Below, piece after piece: positions 10,957 through 21,437 of a DNA stretch of 64,000 nt. Each line of letters opens with the position of its first letter. Position 1 is the stretch's first letter. The stretch is from Chthoniobacteraceae bacterium (GTDB lineage: Bacteria > Verrucomicrobiota > Verrucomicrobiia > Chthoniobacterales > Chthoniobacteraceae), in assembly GCA_031409335.1 (NCBI GenBank), contig JANNWY010000193.1:1-64000 (forward strand), read 5' to 3'. The position numbers were made by a program, and so were the translations under genes. Under the pieces are notes generated by a model that worked only from the letters and a program-made list of their open reading frames with translations, was not told the origin of the DNA and searched no databases.

Positions 10957-11418
10957 CTAGTGGCGGCGATGTCCGCCGTGTCCGTGATGCCGCCCATACC
11001 CGTAACTCGAAAAGCCGATTCCCCATCCGCCGTAAAACGACGGCGCCCACGGATCGTCGTAGTAATAGCCGTCGTCGTAAGGGCTGTTGTAGTTTCGCGC
11101 CGCGAATCGTTCGGACGCGCGCAGCACGGAATCGATCACCCACGCTCTCACCCCCGCCTTGCGCAGCCGCACCGCATCCTCGCGCGTCACCACGTAGTTC
11201 ACGCCCACATCGTTCAGATGTTTCACGACGAGTTCATCGCTCACTCCAGCGCGTTTCAGCTCGATCACATCCTCGGGATCGAGCGCGCGGCGGCGCTCCA
11301 TCTTCGTGAGAAGTTCGGGCCGCAAATCGCGCTGCCGAATTTGCGCGAGTTCGCCGTCGTTGAATGTGGAGCAACCGGCGAGCGCCAGCGCCAGAACGAG
11401 CAGGAATCGGGAAGTCAT
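10957..11418 (-). CDS. Hypothetical lipoprotein with Tyr/Gly/His-rich tail
   Basis: MTSRFLLVLALALAGC lipobox; repeated L(K/R)xAGV helices. Confidence 0.75.
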   Translation of the reverse strand: MTSRFLLVLALALAGCSTFNDGELAQIRQRDLRPELLTKMERRRALDPEDVIELKRAGVSDELVVKHLNDVGVNYVVTREDAVRLRKAGVRAWVIDSVLRASERFAARNYNSPYDDGYYYDDPWAPSFYGGWGIGFSSYGYGRHHGHGGHRRH

Positions 11419-11425
11419 ACGCGGT

Positions 11426-11767
11426 TCAATCGAACCATTCGTCTTCCGGGTCAAAGGCGGGAATCGGAATGTTGATGATCTTCAAATTGCCAATCGCGCG
11501 ATGGCGGCATCCCGGTTTGATGAAAATGGAGGTGAGCGGTTTCACCGGGATGAGTTCGCCGTCGAGTTCCAGGTGACCTTCGCCTTCGAGGATCACGTAA
11601 ATCTCGGTGAGCTTTTTGTGGTAATGGGTGCGTGCGTCTTCCTGAATGTCCACGAGATGCACGGTCGCGAGCGGATTGTCGGGCACCGCAAATGCGCGGC
11701 GCGCGATGCCGCACGGGCACCGCGTGGGGGCGATTTCATCGAGCTGGCTGACGAGGTAGTTTTCCAT
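11426..11767 (-). CDS. Cupin domain protein
   Basis: HYHKKLTEIYVILEGEG...PGCRHRA cupin motifs; N-terminal CPCG. Confidence 0.88.
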   Translation of the reverse strand: MENYLVSQLDEIAPTRCPCGIARRAFAVPDNPLATVHLVDIQEDARTHYHKKLTEIYVILEGEGHLELDGELIPVKPLTSIFIKPGCRHRAIGNLKIINIPIPAFDPEDEWFD

Positions 11768-11800
11768 AGGTCACATGGGTCGCATAGGTCACATGGGTCT
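11765..11800. repeat. Four tandem 9-bp repeats (CATAGGTCA/CATGGGTCG)
   Basis: cataggtca catgggtcg cataggtca catgggtct read directly from the sequence. Confidence 0.85.
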
Positions 11801-13783
11801 TATCCGTGGCAGTTGGCGGACCGCTTTTCTGAAAGACGTGCCTGCTTTGCCCTGCTGCCGATAGCGCGCGGCGATGTACAGCTCCGCGGCGTCCCGGATC
11901 GCGCGCGCGTGTTCCGGATGGCGCGCGGCGGCCCGCTCGGCAAATGTGTGCGCTCCTTCCGACGGCTCGCGCACCACGCCAGCGGACGCGAGCGTCCCGC
12001 AAAATTTTCGGTAGTCGCGCACGAGCGGATCGATCCGTTCGCGTCGCGTCCGGCCGAGCCATGCGCCGAGGATTCCGAAGATCAGCATCATGCTGATAGC
12101 GATCCAGAGCACGATGACGGGTGGCGTGAAAGCGCCGATGCCAACGACGTTGAACACTGTGCGCTGCTCGTCTTCATCGTAGTTCACGACACGCAGATCC
12201 CACTGGTATTTGACGTTGTCCCACGCCAGACGCGCTTCGCGGAGCATCTCCCGGAGACCCGCCGCTCCGGTCGAAGTTTCGCCGATCGGGTTTTCCCCGA
12301 ATGCGCGCGATTCGAGGAACGATTCCGATCCCGAGCTGATCCGATCCGGCGCGATTACATTGGTCGGGTCGATCCGCACCCAGCCCTCGCCTTTCAAGTG
12401 AACCTCCGCCCATGCGTGCGCATCGAGCTGGCGGACGAGCACGTAGTTTCCCAGCCGGTTGAACTCGCCGCCGTGATAGCCGATGACGATTCGCGCGGGG
12501 ATTCCGGCGATGCGCATGAGCGTGGCAAACGCAGCCGCGTAGTGTTCGCAAAAGCCGATCCGGCGGTGGAACAAAAATTCAGTAAGCGGGTCCGCGCCGT
12601 AGGTGCTTGGCGTGATCGAATAGACGAAGTTTTCCTTCCGGAAAAAGGTCAGCGCCGCATCGATCACGGCGCGATCGTCGGCGGCGTTCGCGCGCCATGA
12701 AGCGACCAGATCCTGCACCTGCGCGGAGATCAGTTGCGGCTTCTCAAGCGCGGCCTTGCGGTGTTCTTGCATCAGGCCTGGTTCGCGATTTTCCAGTCGC
12801 GAGGTGACGGTGTAACGCAGCGGCGCAATCGTCGGGCGGAAACTTTGCAGGAAGCCGCCAGCCTGAAAATCGGTATCCCGCGCGATGATGGCCGGACGAT
12901 CGAGCGCGAAGATCCAGCGACTGCCATGCGGATCCATGATGATGCTCTGGCGAATGCCCGGCCCGGCGAGTTTACCGCTCGTGTTTTCGACCGGCATGGA
13001 TGCGCCACCACGCGCCCAGATCAATCCTTCGCCGCGCCAGAGCACCGCGCCGCGCCAGTAGAGTTGCGAAAGTGGCGGCACGTTCCCATCGGGAAAGTCG
13101 GCGCGGAACGCGCGATTTTCGCTGCGAGTGAGGGCGGCGAAATTTCCCGGCGAAAGCTGGTCGCTCATGCCGGTGACGCCATTCACGGAGCGCGAGAACT
13201 GCGGTCGAAAAGCGCCGCCACCGCGCGGAAAAAACAGGAATAGCAGCAGCACGACTGGCAGCGCTTGCGCGATCAATTTTCCCGATATGCCGACGGATCG
13301 CAGGAAGGTGCCAGCGTGCGATGTGTCGTGCAGCCGGATGAGCGCGGCGGCGAGCAGCAGTGCAATCGCGCCGACGTAAAGCCAGCGCGTGAGATCCTGC
13401 GAAAAGAAAAGTCCGCACAGGCACAGGAACCAACCGAAGAGAACGAGGACTTGGAAATCGCGGACGGTGTTCGACTCCAGCAGCTTGAGCGAAAGCAGGA
13501 TGAGCAGGATGCCGAGGCCGGGTTCGATGCCGAAAAATCCGCCATACGACAGCGCGATGCCGCCGAGCCCGATCGCGAGCAGCGCGATTTTCACCGGCAC
13601 GGATGGCAATCGCAAATGCCGGTGGCTCACCAGCAGCCGGAGGAGAATCGCGACCGCGAACATCGCGACGGCCCATGGTGCGATGTGATCGAGCAACGGA
13701 ATCGCCGCGAGTGCGAGAGCGATGCAGACTGCCGTGAGTGGACCGGCGGCGAGGGTACTGTGTCGTCCGCGCCACCAGCTCAT
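11789..13783 (-). CDS. DUF3488/transglutaminase-like membrane protein (TgpA-like)
   Basis: N-terminal TM helices; GFCEHYAAAF, GIPARIVIGYHGGE, DAHAWAEV, GWVRIDPT triad motifs. Confidence 0.92.
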   Translation of the reverse strand: MSWWRGRHSTLAAGPLTAVCIALALAAIPLLDHIAPWAVAMFAVAILLRLLVSHRHLRLPSVPVKIALLAIGLGGIALSYGGFFGIEPGLGILLILLSLKLLESNTVRDFQVLVLFGWFLCLCGLFFSQDLTRWLYVGAIALLLAAALIRLHDTSHAGTFLRSVGISGKLIAQALPVVLLLFLFFPRGGGAFRPQFSRSVNGVTGMSDQLSPGNFAALTRSENRAFRADFPDGNVPPLSQLYWRGAVLWRGEGLIWARGGASMPVENTSGKLAGPGIRQSIIMDPHGSRWIFALDRPAIIARDTDFQAGGFLQSFRPTIAPLRYTVTSRLENREPGLMQEHRKAALEKPQLISAQVQDLVASWRANAADDRAVIDAALTFFRKENFVYSITPSTYGADPLTEFLFHRRIGFCEHYAAAFATLMRIAGIPARIVIGYHGGEFNRLGNYVLVRQLDAHAWAEVHLKGEGWVRIDPTNVIAPDRISSGSESFLESRAFGENPIGETSTGAAGLREMLREARLAWDNVKYQWDLRVVNYDEDEQRTVFNVVGIGAFTPPVIVLWIAISMMLIFGILGAWLGRTRRERIDPLVRDYRKFCGTLASAGVVREPSEGAHTFAERAAARHPEHARAIRDAAELYIAARYRQQGKAGTSFRKAVRQLPRIRPM

Positions 13784-14703
13784 GTCGCGCTTTCTCCCGG
13801 ATAAAGTGCGAGCACGCGGAGGCACGCGTGAAAATGCGCGTCGCCGCGATCCGCGGGAATGACGGTTCCCGGCACCTCGAGCGAGTAGCCGTGGCCGCCG
13901 CGCTCGGCGGTGACGATCCAGCGCGCGAGCTGGGAAAGGCGCGCCTCGTGCGCGAGCCCGGCAGTGTCCTGCCAGCCGAGCTGCAAGGTTTCATCGGCTT
14001 CGCCGGCCCATTGTTTGATCGTGAGGCCACGATCGCGCGCCGCCGCTTTCCAGTCGATATGCCGCTGCGATTCACCGGCGACGTAGGCGCGCGAGCCTGC
14101 AAAATCATCGCCCTCGGTGCGAACTCCGACGCCGTGATGCCGCGCGGGCGTGAACTTGCGCGGCAGCGGGCGCGAGCCTTCCAGCGCCGGATAAACCCAT
14201 CTTGTTTGCCTGATTTCGAGCGCCATTCGCGCGGAGAAAAATCCGAGTGGATAGAGACTGGACGCCATCAACTTCAGCGTCTCAAAACGCCCCCGCGCTG
14301 GCGCGGCGATTGCCAGGTCATCATGCTCAATCCGTGGCCCGCTGATTTCAGAAAACGCGACGGATTCTCCCCGGCCCCGCGCTTTGACCCGAATGGCCGC
14401 GTGTCTGCGCCCGCTGGCTGCGATTGCGCCAATGCGGACGCGATGACTTTCTCCCGCAAGAACCGGCGCGATCGGCCCGCAGGAAACACGCAGCCCGCGC
14501 AGATTCGCGTGGGAGTGCAGGAGGGAAACCAGCGCGACCGACGCGACGACGAAACACAACAGATACGCCGCGCCATTGTTTTGACTGGCACCCGCGTACC
14601 ACATTGCGATGAGCAGCGCGACGAGTCCGGTCGTGTTCCGATTTGGCACCACGCGGACGCGGCCTGAGACACCCTCGGAAAGCGGTGTCTCGCGCGCCGT
14701 CAT
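13780..14703 (-). CDS. DUF58 domain protein
   Basis: GDDFAGSRAYVAGESQRHIDWKAAAR motif; ATGA overlaps with both neighbours. Confidence 0.9.
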   Translation of the reverse strand: MTARETPLSEGVSGRVRVVPNRNTTGLVALLIAMWYAGASQNNGAAYLLCFVVASVALVSLLHSHANLRGLRVSCGPIAPVLAGESHRVRIGAIAASGRRHAAIRVKARGRGESVAFSEISGPRIEHDDLAIAAPARGRFETLKLMASSLYPLGFFSARMALEIRQTRWVYPALEGSRPLPRKFTPARHHGVGVRTEGDDFAGSRAYVAGESQRHIDWKAAARDRGLTIKQWAGEADETLQLGWQDTAGLAHEARLSQLARWIVTAERGGHGYSLEVPGTVIPADRGDAHFHACLRVLALYPGESAT

Positions 14704-15611
14704 GGCACCGGCACGGTCCGCAGCAAATTGAGCGCGAGTGCGCGACCGGATTCGCCCGGCGTTTGCAAATCTTCGCCGAGCCGGTGCGCCATCACCGCGA
14801 CGCCGACCGCCTGCAAATCCTCCGGTAACACCATGTCGCGCCCCTGCATCAGCGCCCACGCTTGCGAAGCATGGAGCAGCGCGAGGCCGGCGCGCGGCGA
14901 GAGCCCCGTGCGATGGCGCCGACGGCTGGCGTCGAGCAGGTCTTGCAAATAATCGAGCAGCGCAGGCGCGGCCTGCACGTCGCGGACGGCTTTCTGAATT
15001 TCATTCAACGCATCCATCGGCAGCACTGGCGCGAGGTCGCGCAGTCGCTCGCGGCGGTCGCGCCCGAGCAGCATCGCGCGTTCGCCCGCGCGGTCCGGCA
15101 CGCCGAGTTCGATGCGCATGAGGAAGCGATCGAGCTGCGATTCTGGGAGCGGAAACGTGCCGATCTGATGCTGTGGATTTTGCGTCGCAAGCACGAAAAA
15201 AAAGTCGGGCAGGCGATGCGTCACGCCGTCCACGGTCACGCAATCTTCCTCCATCGCCTCGAGCAGCGCGCTCTGCGTTTTCGGCGTCGCGCGATTCACT
15301 TCATCGACGAGGACGACTTGAGAGAAAAGCGGTCCTTGATGAAACACGAAACGCTGCTGCTCACGGTCGAAAATCGAGTTTCCAACGATGTCCGCCGGCA
15401 GCATGTCGCTGGTGAATTGAATCCGACGGAACTGCAGCCCGACGGAGCGCGCGAGAGCGTGCGAGAGCGTGGTCTTTCCCACGCCCGGCAAATCCTCGAT
15501 CAGCAAATGGCCGCGCGCCATCAGGCACGCCACCGCAAGCCGCACGGCAGCCTCCTTGCCGACGATGATTTGGCTGATTTGCGAGACGAGCGTCTCGATG
15601 CGGGATTTCAC
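14700..15611 (-). CDS. moxR: MoxR family AAA+ ATPase
   Basis: EDLPGVGKTT, RIQFTSDMLPAD, DEVNRATPKTQSALLEAMEE, LPESQLDRF. Start set at GTG15611. Confidence 0.93.
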   Translation of the reverse strand: MKSRIETLVSQISQIIVGKEAAVRLAVACLMARGHLLIEDLPGVGKTTLSHALARSVGLQFRRIQFTSDMLPADIVGNSIFDREQQRFVFHQGPLFSQVVLVDEVNRATPKTQSALLEAMEEDCVTVDGVTHRLPDFFFVLATQNPQHQIGTFPLPESQLDRFLMRIELGVPDRAGERAMLLGRDRRERLRDLAPVLPMDALNEIQKAVRDVQAAPALLDYLQDLLDASRRRHRTGLSPRAGLALLHASQAWALMQGRDMVLPEDLQAVGVAVMAHRLGEDLQTPGESGRALALNLLRTVPVP

Positions 15612-15711
15612 AGGCCGGGAATTTCCCGCGCGAATGCTCAAGTGTCGAGAGGTGAGTGCCCTGCAACGAGTTTTTCGTTGAGTTCGCGGGGTGCCCGGCC
15701 AATTTTTGGAC

Positions 15712-15900
15712 ATGCCTCTGCATCGCTCGCGAAATCACAAAGTCATCGCTGGCGTGTGCGGTGGACTCGCGGACTGGCTGGGGTGGTCGCCGACGATGGT
15801 GCGCGTCATCTTCGTGATCGTTTCCATCGCCAGCATCGCGTTTCCAGGCATCATCGTCTATGTCGTGATGTGGGTGCTGATGCCAAAGGCGCGCGAGTGA
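15712..15900 (+). CDS. PspC domain protein
   Basis: LHRSRNHKVIAGVCGGLADWLG...VRVIF...YVVMWVLMP. Confidence 0.9.
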   Translation: MPLHRSRNHKVIAGVCGGLADWLGWSPTMVRVIFVIVSIASIAFPGIIVYVVMWVLMPKARE

Positions 15901-15930
15901 CGGGATGTCCGTATTTTTCAGCCAAATCAA

Positions 15931-16398
15931 ATGCCCAAGTCCAAGCCATCCAAGAAATCCAACCTGACGTTGCTCGGGAGAAGCGTCAGTCCCATTCCCG
16001 CCACGCCAACCGCGGCGACGCTGGAGACATTTCAGAATGCGTATCCGCGGCGCGACTACTGGATTCGATTCGAGAGCTTGGATTTCACGTCGCTGTGTCC
16101 AGTAACAGGCCAGCCCGATTTCGCGCGCATCACCGTGGACTACGTGCCGGACGTGCGCTGCATCGAGACGAAGTCGTTCAAGTTTTACCTCTCCTCATTT
16201 CGCAACACGCGCAGCTTCAACGAGGAAGTCGTGAATCGAATCCTCGAAGACCTCGTCGCCGCGTGCGCGCCGCGTCAGATTTGGGTGCATGGCGAATTCG
16301 CGCCACGCGGTGGCATCGGCGTCACGGTCGAGGCATTTCATCCCGCCGCAGCCCGGCGGAACGGTGCGCTGCCGGCGCGATCGTCCCATCGCCGATGA
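15931..16398 (+). CDS. queF: preQ1 synthase (7-cyano-7-deazaguanine reductase, short type)
   Basis: FTSLCPVTGQPDFA, IETKSFKFYL, FAPRGGI. Confidence 0.93.
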   Translation: MPKSKPSKKSNLTLLGRSVSPIPATPTAATLETFQNAYPRRDYWIRFESLDFTSLCPVTGQPDFARITVDYVPDVRCIETKSFKFYLSSFRNTRSFNEEVVNRILEDLVAACAPRQIWVHGEFAPRGGIGVTVEAFHPAAARRNGALPARSSHRR

Positions 16399-17093
16399 GT
16401 CGGGAGAAAGTGATCGTCCTGCTCAGTGGCGGGATGGATTCCGTCACCGCGCTTTACGAGGCGCACGAGCGCTACGAAATCGTCTGCGCCGTCAGCTTTC
16501 ACTACGGCGCAAAACACAACGACCGCGAAATCCCATTCGCCGCGCACCACGCCGCGCGGCTCGGTGTGCCGCATCGGCAGATTCGGTTGGGTTTCATTGG
16601 TGAACTCTTCAAGTCGGACCTGCTGCAATCCGGCGGAGAAATCCCGACGGGTCACTACGAGGAGCAGACGATGAAGCAGACCGTCGTGCCCTTCCGCAAT
16701 GGCATCATGCTCTCGATCGCCGCCGGCCTTGCCGAAAGCCTGGAAGCCAATGGCATCGTCATCGCCGCCCACGTCGGCGACCACGCGATCTACCCCGATT
16801 GCCGCGAAGATTTCATGAAATCCATGGCCGACGCCATCCGCCTCGGCACCTACGCAAAGGTGAAAATCCTGCGCCCATTCATCGCCATGACCAAAGCCGA
16901 CATCGCCCGCCGCGGCTACGCCCTCGGAGTGGACTACTCCGCCACCTGGTCCTGCTACGTCGGCGGGGAGATGCACTGCGGTGAATGCGGAACCTGCGTC
17001 GAACGCCGCGAAGCCTTTCAATTGGCAGGAATCCCAGACCCAACCCCCTACAAAAGCACATCCCCAATGCCGCCCCGACCGGTGGGTCATTAG
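16395..17093 (+). CDS. queC: 7-cyano-7-deazaguanine synthase
   Basis: VLLSGGMDS, VPFRNGIML, YPDCR, TWSCY...HCGECGTCVER; ATGA overlap with queF. Confidence 0.95.
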   Translation: MSREKVIVLLSGGMDSVTALYEAHERYEIVCAVSFHYGAKHNDREIPFAAHHAARLGVPHRQIRLGFIGELFKSDLLQSGGEIPTGHYEEQTMKQTVVPFRNGIMLSIAAGLAESLEANGIVIAAHVGDHAIYPDCREDFMKSMADAIRLGTYAKVKILRPFIAMTKADIARRGYALGVDYSATWSCYVGGEMHCGECGTCVERREAFQLAGIPDPTPYKSTSPMPPRPVGH

Positions 17094-17147
17094 GCGGAGA
17101 TTGGGAATGTGGGGTTTGCTGGCGGCGAACTGGACTTCGCCGAAATC

Positions 17148-20100
17148 TTACCGAGGCAGGAACTGTTTGGTGTTCAAAACGCGGAAGCGATAGAACTTCT
17201 CGACGCTGGAGTTGGGATCCGTTGGCTTGTAGTCCCTCAATTCCTTGTCGTTTGGGTCGATGAATCGTTCGATGGTCGCCGAGCCCCGATAAGCTCCAAT
17301 GACCTTGTCCTTTTTCGGGTCAAACTTGTCCGGTGGAGTTCCAGCCACTTTCTTCACGGCCTGGCAGCGCATGTAGATCGTATAGACGTTCGATTTCGTC
17401 GTCACACGCGGGTAAATGTGCGAGTAGGGACGTTCCCTCATGTTGTCGCCAGTTTGGGCGTAGTGTGTATCCCAAAATGAGCCCCAATCGCTCAATGGTG
17501 TGGATGCAGACACCGGTGAAACTGGTGTCAACGCTGCCTGTAGGCCAAGGGCACCAGGAGTTGCCGGATTCACGGTGCGGAAGGGATATAAATCCATGTC
17601 GCAAATCTCCGTCGCAGAGCGGAAAAGTCCACGATCCGGGTCTTTGAGACGGTCCTCGAATTGGTCGAGTGTCTTCTCCGCATCGATGTCGAAGCGGAAT
17701 GGCACCGTTTGACTTACAGGTGCCTCGGTGTGCCCTGCATCCGCTTGTTTGGTAGGAACTGCCATGATCTTTACTGCTTTCAGCACGCCGCGCAGCGCGG
17801 TATCGCGCCGAATGTAAGACCGGCCCATGCTATTGCCCCGCCGCTTGTCAGAATCGCCTTTGGCGTAGCCAAACGGGGCGATGACATAGTTTAAGTTGAC
17901 CTTGCCTCCCGATGAAAAAGGTTCGCTAATCGCGTAAGGCTCCACGATCGGCAAATTGAACAGGTCAAGAATCAGATGGTCCGCAGGCTGGCCGACCTGC
18001 TGGGCACCCGGATGACGTATCGTCCCGCGATCGGGACGAAAGAGCAGCGTCTGCCAGGGCAACCCGCGCACCACGCCTGTTGGCAGCGAGCCGAACATGA
18101 CCGCGGAGGACATCTGACGATTGGGCGAGAAGAACGATTTGCCTGTTTCTTCAATCGCACGCCCGCGGAAGTAGGGAACCTTTCCACCCACGTCGTTGTC
18201 AGCGATGTTAAAAAACACGTTTCCCTCATCCACTTTGTTTGCCATCGCGCCGTCCGTATGTTTTGAAAGTCCGCGATCCCAATCTCCCGGCCCACCGTCG
18301 GATCGTTTTACTCCGTTGATACCGGCTGGGATAGTCGGAGGCTTGCTGCCCCGGTTGACCCCGCCAGCGGCGAGTAGCCCAGCATTGCCGCTAACGGCAA
18401 AATCGAGATAGGGATCGGCGTGACCGACTTGCAATCCGTGAATTCTTGGGGATGTGCTGGTGTATTTGGCGAGTTCCCCGCGCGGTGCAAATGCTTCTGC
18501 TGGCACGACACGCTGAGCCGCGCCAAGGCGCAAGTCACCCCTTTGATCGCCCGTTAGCGTTTCCCATCCGGCCCCTTTCGCTTTGGCACCGACATATTCC
18601 ATGGTGCGAATCACATCTTCCGTTCCGTTAAAAATCGTCCACGTGCCTTCCTGTCCATTCAGGCGATTCGTGAAAGAGCCGATGGTGCCGGCCACACCGG
18701 GGATTTTGGCTTTGAAGGTAACATCCTTTGGAAAGTCGATAACGAAGGTTTGGACCAAGTCTCCTCTCCCCGGATTTGTGTCGCCAGGCCTTTCGGCGGC
18801 AAAGATGTCCACCGTGTAGCTGCCGCAGGAATAGGTGAGTTCTGGCCCGGTTGGAATGTCAATAGCGTTGCTAACGAATGGGTAATATTGGACGGTGGTT
18901 CCATTGACATAGGCTCCATCAACAGTCGATACGTGTTTCTCGAACTTTTTGCCCGCCGCCTGGCCGGCTAGATATGTCGTCACCTTATCCAGCGTAGGGT
19001 TCTTTGGCTCAGAGAAAAAATGCAATTGATTCATAAATCCAAGAATCGGAAGATACGACCTGCCAAATCCCACGTCATGGGAACCGACGTTGACGATGTT
19101 GATTCGTTTGTCGCCCACCAAACCCACAAGTTCAATATCTGTGGTGCCTATTTTAGTCGGTCGGTTGACCGTTACGCGCATCCAGTAGGTGTCACGGAGC
19201 ACCGGGAATCCCGCCATCACTGTGGACATTTCAAACAGAAGCGTTGCTTGAATTTTGGTAGCCGGGTTGGCCCGGTGAAACACAATCGCCGCTTCCGAAA
19301 TCATCGGGAATCTCCCCAGCCCCTGGAACCGGCTCGTAGGGTTCGTGCGCAGCGGTGTGACTTGGCCCGACCAGTCCACCGACCGGGGTGCATAGGTATT
19401 GTAAGCCTTGGCATCAAGGTTGGGGTCGTAATAAAATGGGGTGTATGGACGGAATTCTTCGCCCAATCGAATCCTCCGGCTCGTATCGACCAAGTTCACG
19501 CAGCGGCAGTAGTCGAAGACCAGCGTGAGGATTTGTTCAGTTTCCTCCTTCGAGTATTTTTCCTCAAACGAACCGCCAAACCCCGGAATCTGAAACGCGG
19601 AACTGGTGAGCGTTTTCAGATACGTCATGATCGTTACATTCTTCGGATTGAAGTCGATCGTCGCACTTTTTGCGTTCGAGCGAGTGAAAAAGAACGTATT
19701 GTCTTGCGCTCCATTTCCAATGGGATCCTTGTAGAAGGTCGAGGTGAAGGCGAACAAGTCATCGTAGGCAGTGCGCTGCGTCGGATCGGCATGCACCGGC
19801 CAGAACGTCACGCGTGGGCGCCCAAATAGGTTTAGTTCTGGCGAACGACTGTTTACGGTCAGGAAAAAACGAACCTTTTCCAACGACTCCGGAACTATAT
19901 TTGGGCTGTTTAGAGTCGTTGCCTCGGACGTATTTGCTGGGACGCGCTCCTGCTTGAATACCAACTCGTCCACCGTCGAATAAAGATGTTTGGTGGCGAT
20001 CGCAAGTTTCGGCTCAGTCTCCGTTTTCTTCACATTAGGATCGAGGCTCACCGAATCGTAAGCTGCGTTATAGGAGGCTCCCATGGAGGTACTTTGAGGG

Positions 20101-21395
20101 GGCGCAGGGTTTGGGGGGGTGGGGAGCAGGGTTTGTTTGGGCCCCCGGTAACCATACGGCGAAAACGGAGTCAACTGCGCTATCGCATCTTTCATCTCGA
20201 TCAATTTCCTATCAAGGGTCACACGCGGCCAGTCTTTGGGAAAGTTTCCCCACATCCATCCAATCGCCGGGCTGAGCGAGGTAGTCGCAGGATGCCCTGG
20301 ATAGCGCTGATATTCGCCGCGCGCGGGCTGGGCGGCAGAAAGATTCAAACTTCCAACCGATGCATTGATTCTGCCGGAGGCATCGACATTGCCACTTTCC
20401 TGCTCACTACTGGCGGTGGGGGTGTCCCAGAAGGTCCCTTCCGATGCAGTATTGATGTTTAGGCGGGTGCAATCGTCGTCGGTCCAAAAAGCCGTCCTTC
20501 CGATGATCGGATTATCCGCGCTCGCCCCCGGAATTTTCCCGCCGCTCGAATCTTCCGCAGCGGCCATGGAACCGTCCCGCATCACATACAGCCATTTGAC
20601 TGGCATTGGCAGATAAGGAACCTTCGATGGGGCAGAAGCGCCACGTTTGCCCAGAGCGTCCTTTGGGAGAAACTTGAGTTTGTCGTCAAGGAGCCCCGAG
20701 GTCTTGATGTCAAACCCCTCAACAATACCGGGCTCGGGCGTTAGATTCGCGTTTTCAGCTTGATCGTATTTTGCTCGCGGATCCACGATCGGATAGCGAG
20801 GCTCCACGATTTGCGGATCTCCCTTTGTCAGTTCCGCTGGCATGGGAGTAACGATGGGTTCGTTTAAGTCAACATATCCAAATATCTTGAATGTGTCTTC
20901 TCTTTCGGACTCCGACATCGACCACCGCCAGTTATCGATCACATCCACTTCCTTCTTGTCCCATTGATTTCCGCTGAATTCCGTAACCCCAACCTTCATT
21001 TTTTCCGCGGAGAAAAGTTTGAAGATTGAATCGTTGCCACCAGCGCGATACGTCGGCTGGCGAACCCCGCTCGCGCCATTTGTCACATTTTTGATTCCCG
21101 TCACTTTTCCGGAAAACGTCCGGATTGCACCGGGCTGTGAAGCCCACGTTGTTGGTATGGCGACGCCGCCACCGGTTTCTGAGGTGGCCTCGCGGATCTG
21201 GCTGATTACCAGGTTCACCGTGCTATCGGCGATTTGTCGGCTGGTCACTTCATTGTTACTGATGACGGTCGCCGCGCGTTCGTTTCCCACAGCGGTCATG
21301 AATGAGACGACCAAGCCGGATAACAGCACCAGCATGGCAAGAACGATAATGAGCGCGACGGCTCTTTCACGATGAAAGCGGAATTGAGTTTTCAT
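17148..21395 (-). CDS. Verru_Chthon cassette protein A (large PilX-like protein)
   Basis: ERAVALIIVLAMLVLL N-terminus; WASQPGAIR, PMPVKWLYV, NPIIGRTAFWTDD, EYQRYPGHPATTSLS, FSPNRQMSS.VMFGSLPTG, PWQTLLFRP, DNMRERPY, YRGSATIERFIDPND. Confidence 0.88.
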   Translation of the reverse strand: MKTQFRFHRERAVALIIVLAMLVLLSGLVVSFMTAVGNERAATVISNNEVTSRQIADSTVNLVISQIREATSETGGGVAIPTTWASQPGAIRTFSGKVTGIKNVTNGASGVRQPTYRAGGNDSIFKLFSAEKMKVGVTEFSGNQWDKKEVDVIDNWRWSMSESEREDTFKIFGYVDLNEPIVTPMPAELTKGDPQIVEPRYPIVDPRAKYDQAENANLTPEPGIVEGFDIKTSGLLDDKLKFLPKDALGKRGASAPSKVPYLPMPVKWLYVMRDGSMAAAEDSSGGKIPGASADNPIIGRTAFWTDDDCTRLNINTASEGTFWDTPTASSEQESGNVDASGRINASVGSLNLSAAQPARGEYQRYPGHPATTSLSPAIGWMWGNFPKDWPRVTLDRKLIEMKDAIAQLTPFSPYGYRGPKQTLLPTPPNPAPPQSTSMGASYNAAYDSVSLDPNVKKTETEPKLAIATKHLYSTVDELVFKQERVPANTSEATTLNSPNIVPESLEKVRFFLTVNSRSPELNLFGRPRVTFWPVHADPTQRTAYDDLFAFTSTFYKDPIGNGAQDNTFFFTRSNAKSATIDFNPKNVTIMTYLKTLTSSAFQIPGFGGSFEEKYSKEETEQILTLVFDYCRCVNLVDTSRRIRLGEEFRPYTPFYYDPNLDAKAYNTYAPRSVDWSGQVTPLRTNPTSRFQGLGRFPMISEAAIVFHRANPATKIQATLLFEMSTVMAGFPVLRDTYWMRVTVNRPTKIGTTDIELVGLVGDKRINIVNVGSHDVGFGRSYLPILGFMNQLHFFSEPKNPTLDKVTTYLAGQAAGKKFEKHVSTVDGAYVNGTTVQYYPFVSNAIDIPTGPELTYSCGSYTVDIFAAERPGDTNPGRGDLVQTFVIDFPKDVTFKAKIPGVAGTIGSFTNRLNGQEGTWTIFNGTEDVIRTMEYVGAKAKGAGWETLTGDQRGDLRLGAAQRVVPAEAFAPRGELAKYTSTSPRIHGLQVGHADPYLDFAVSGNAGLLAAGGVNRGSKPPTIPAGINGVKRSDGGPGDWDRGLSKHTDGAMANKVDEGNVFFNIADNDVGGKVPYFRGRAIEETGKSFFSPNRQMSSAVMFGSLPTGVVRGLPWQTLLFRPDRGTIRHPGAQQVGQPADHLILDLFNLPIVEPYAISEPFSSGGKVNLNYVIAPFGYAKGDSDKRRGNSMGRSYIRRDTALRGVLKAVKIMAVPTKQADAGHTEAPVSQTVPFRFDIDAEKTLDQFEDRLKDPDRGLFRSATEICDMDLYPFRTVNPATPGALGLQAALTPVSPVSASTPLSDWGSFWDTHYAQTGDNMRERPYSHIYPRVTTKSNVYTIYMRCQAVKKVAGTPPDKFDPKKDKVIGAYRGSATIERFIDPNDKELRDYKPTDPNSSVEKFYRFRVLNTKQFLPR

Positions 21396-21437
21396 GTTGT
21401 GGGTTGGTCTTTTGGGCTTCTTAGTTTCATTTACAGA

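Noticed and set aside
14862..17093. 743-aa QueC fusion protein
   Set aside because: Only the part from ATG16395 is QueC. The upstream part overlaps moxR, the PspC-domain gene and queF in other frames.
15900..17093. preQ1 riboswitch or 7-deazaguanine DNA-modification (dpd) island
   Set aside because: Only 30 bp lie upstream of queF, with no riboswitch-like structure, and no dpdA/tgt-like genes are in the window.
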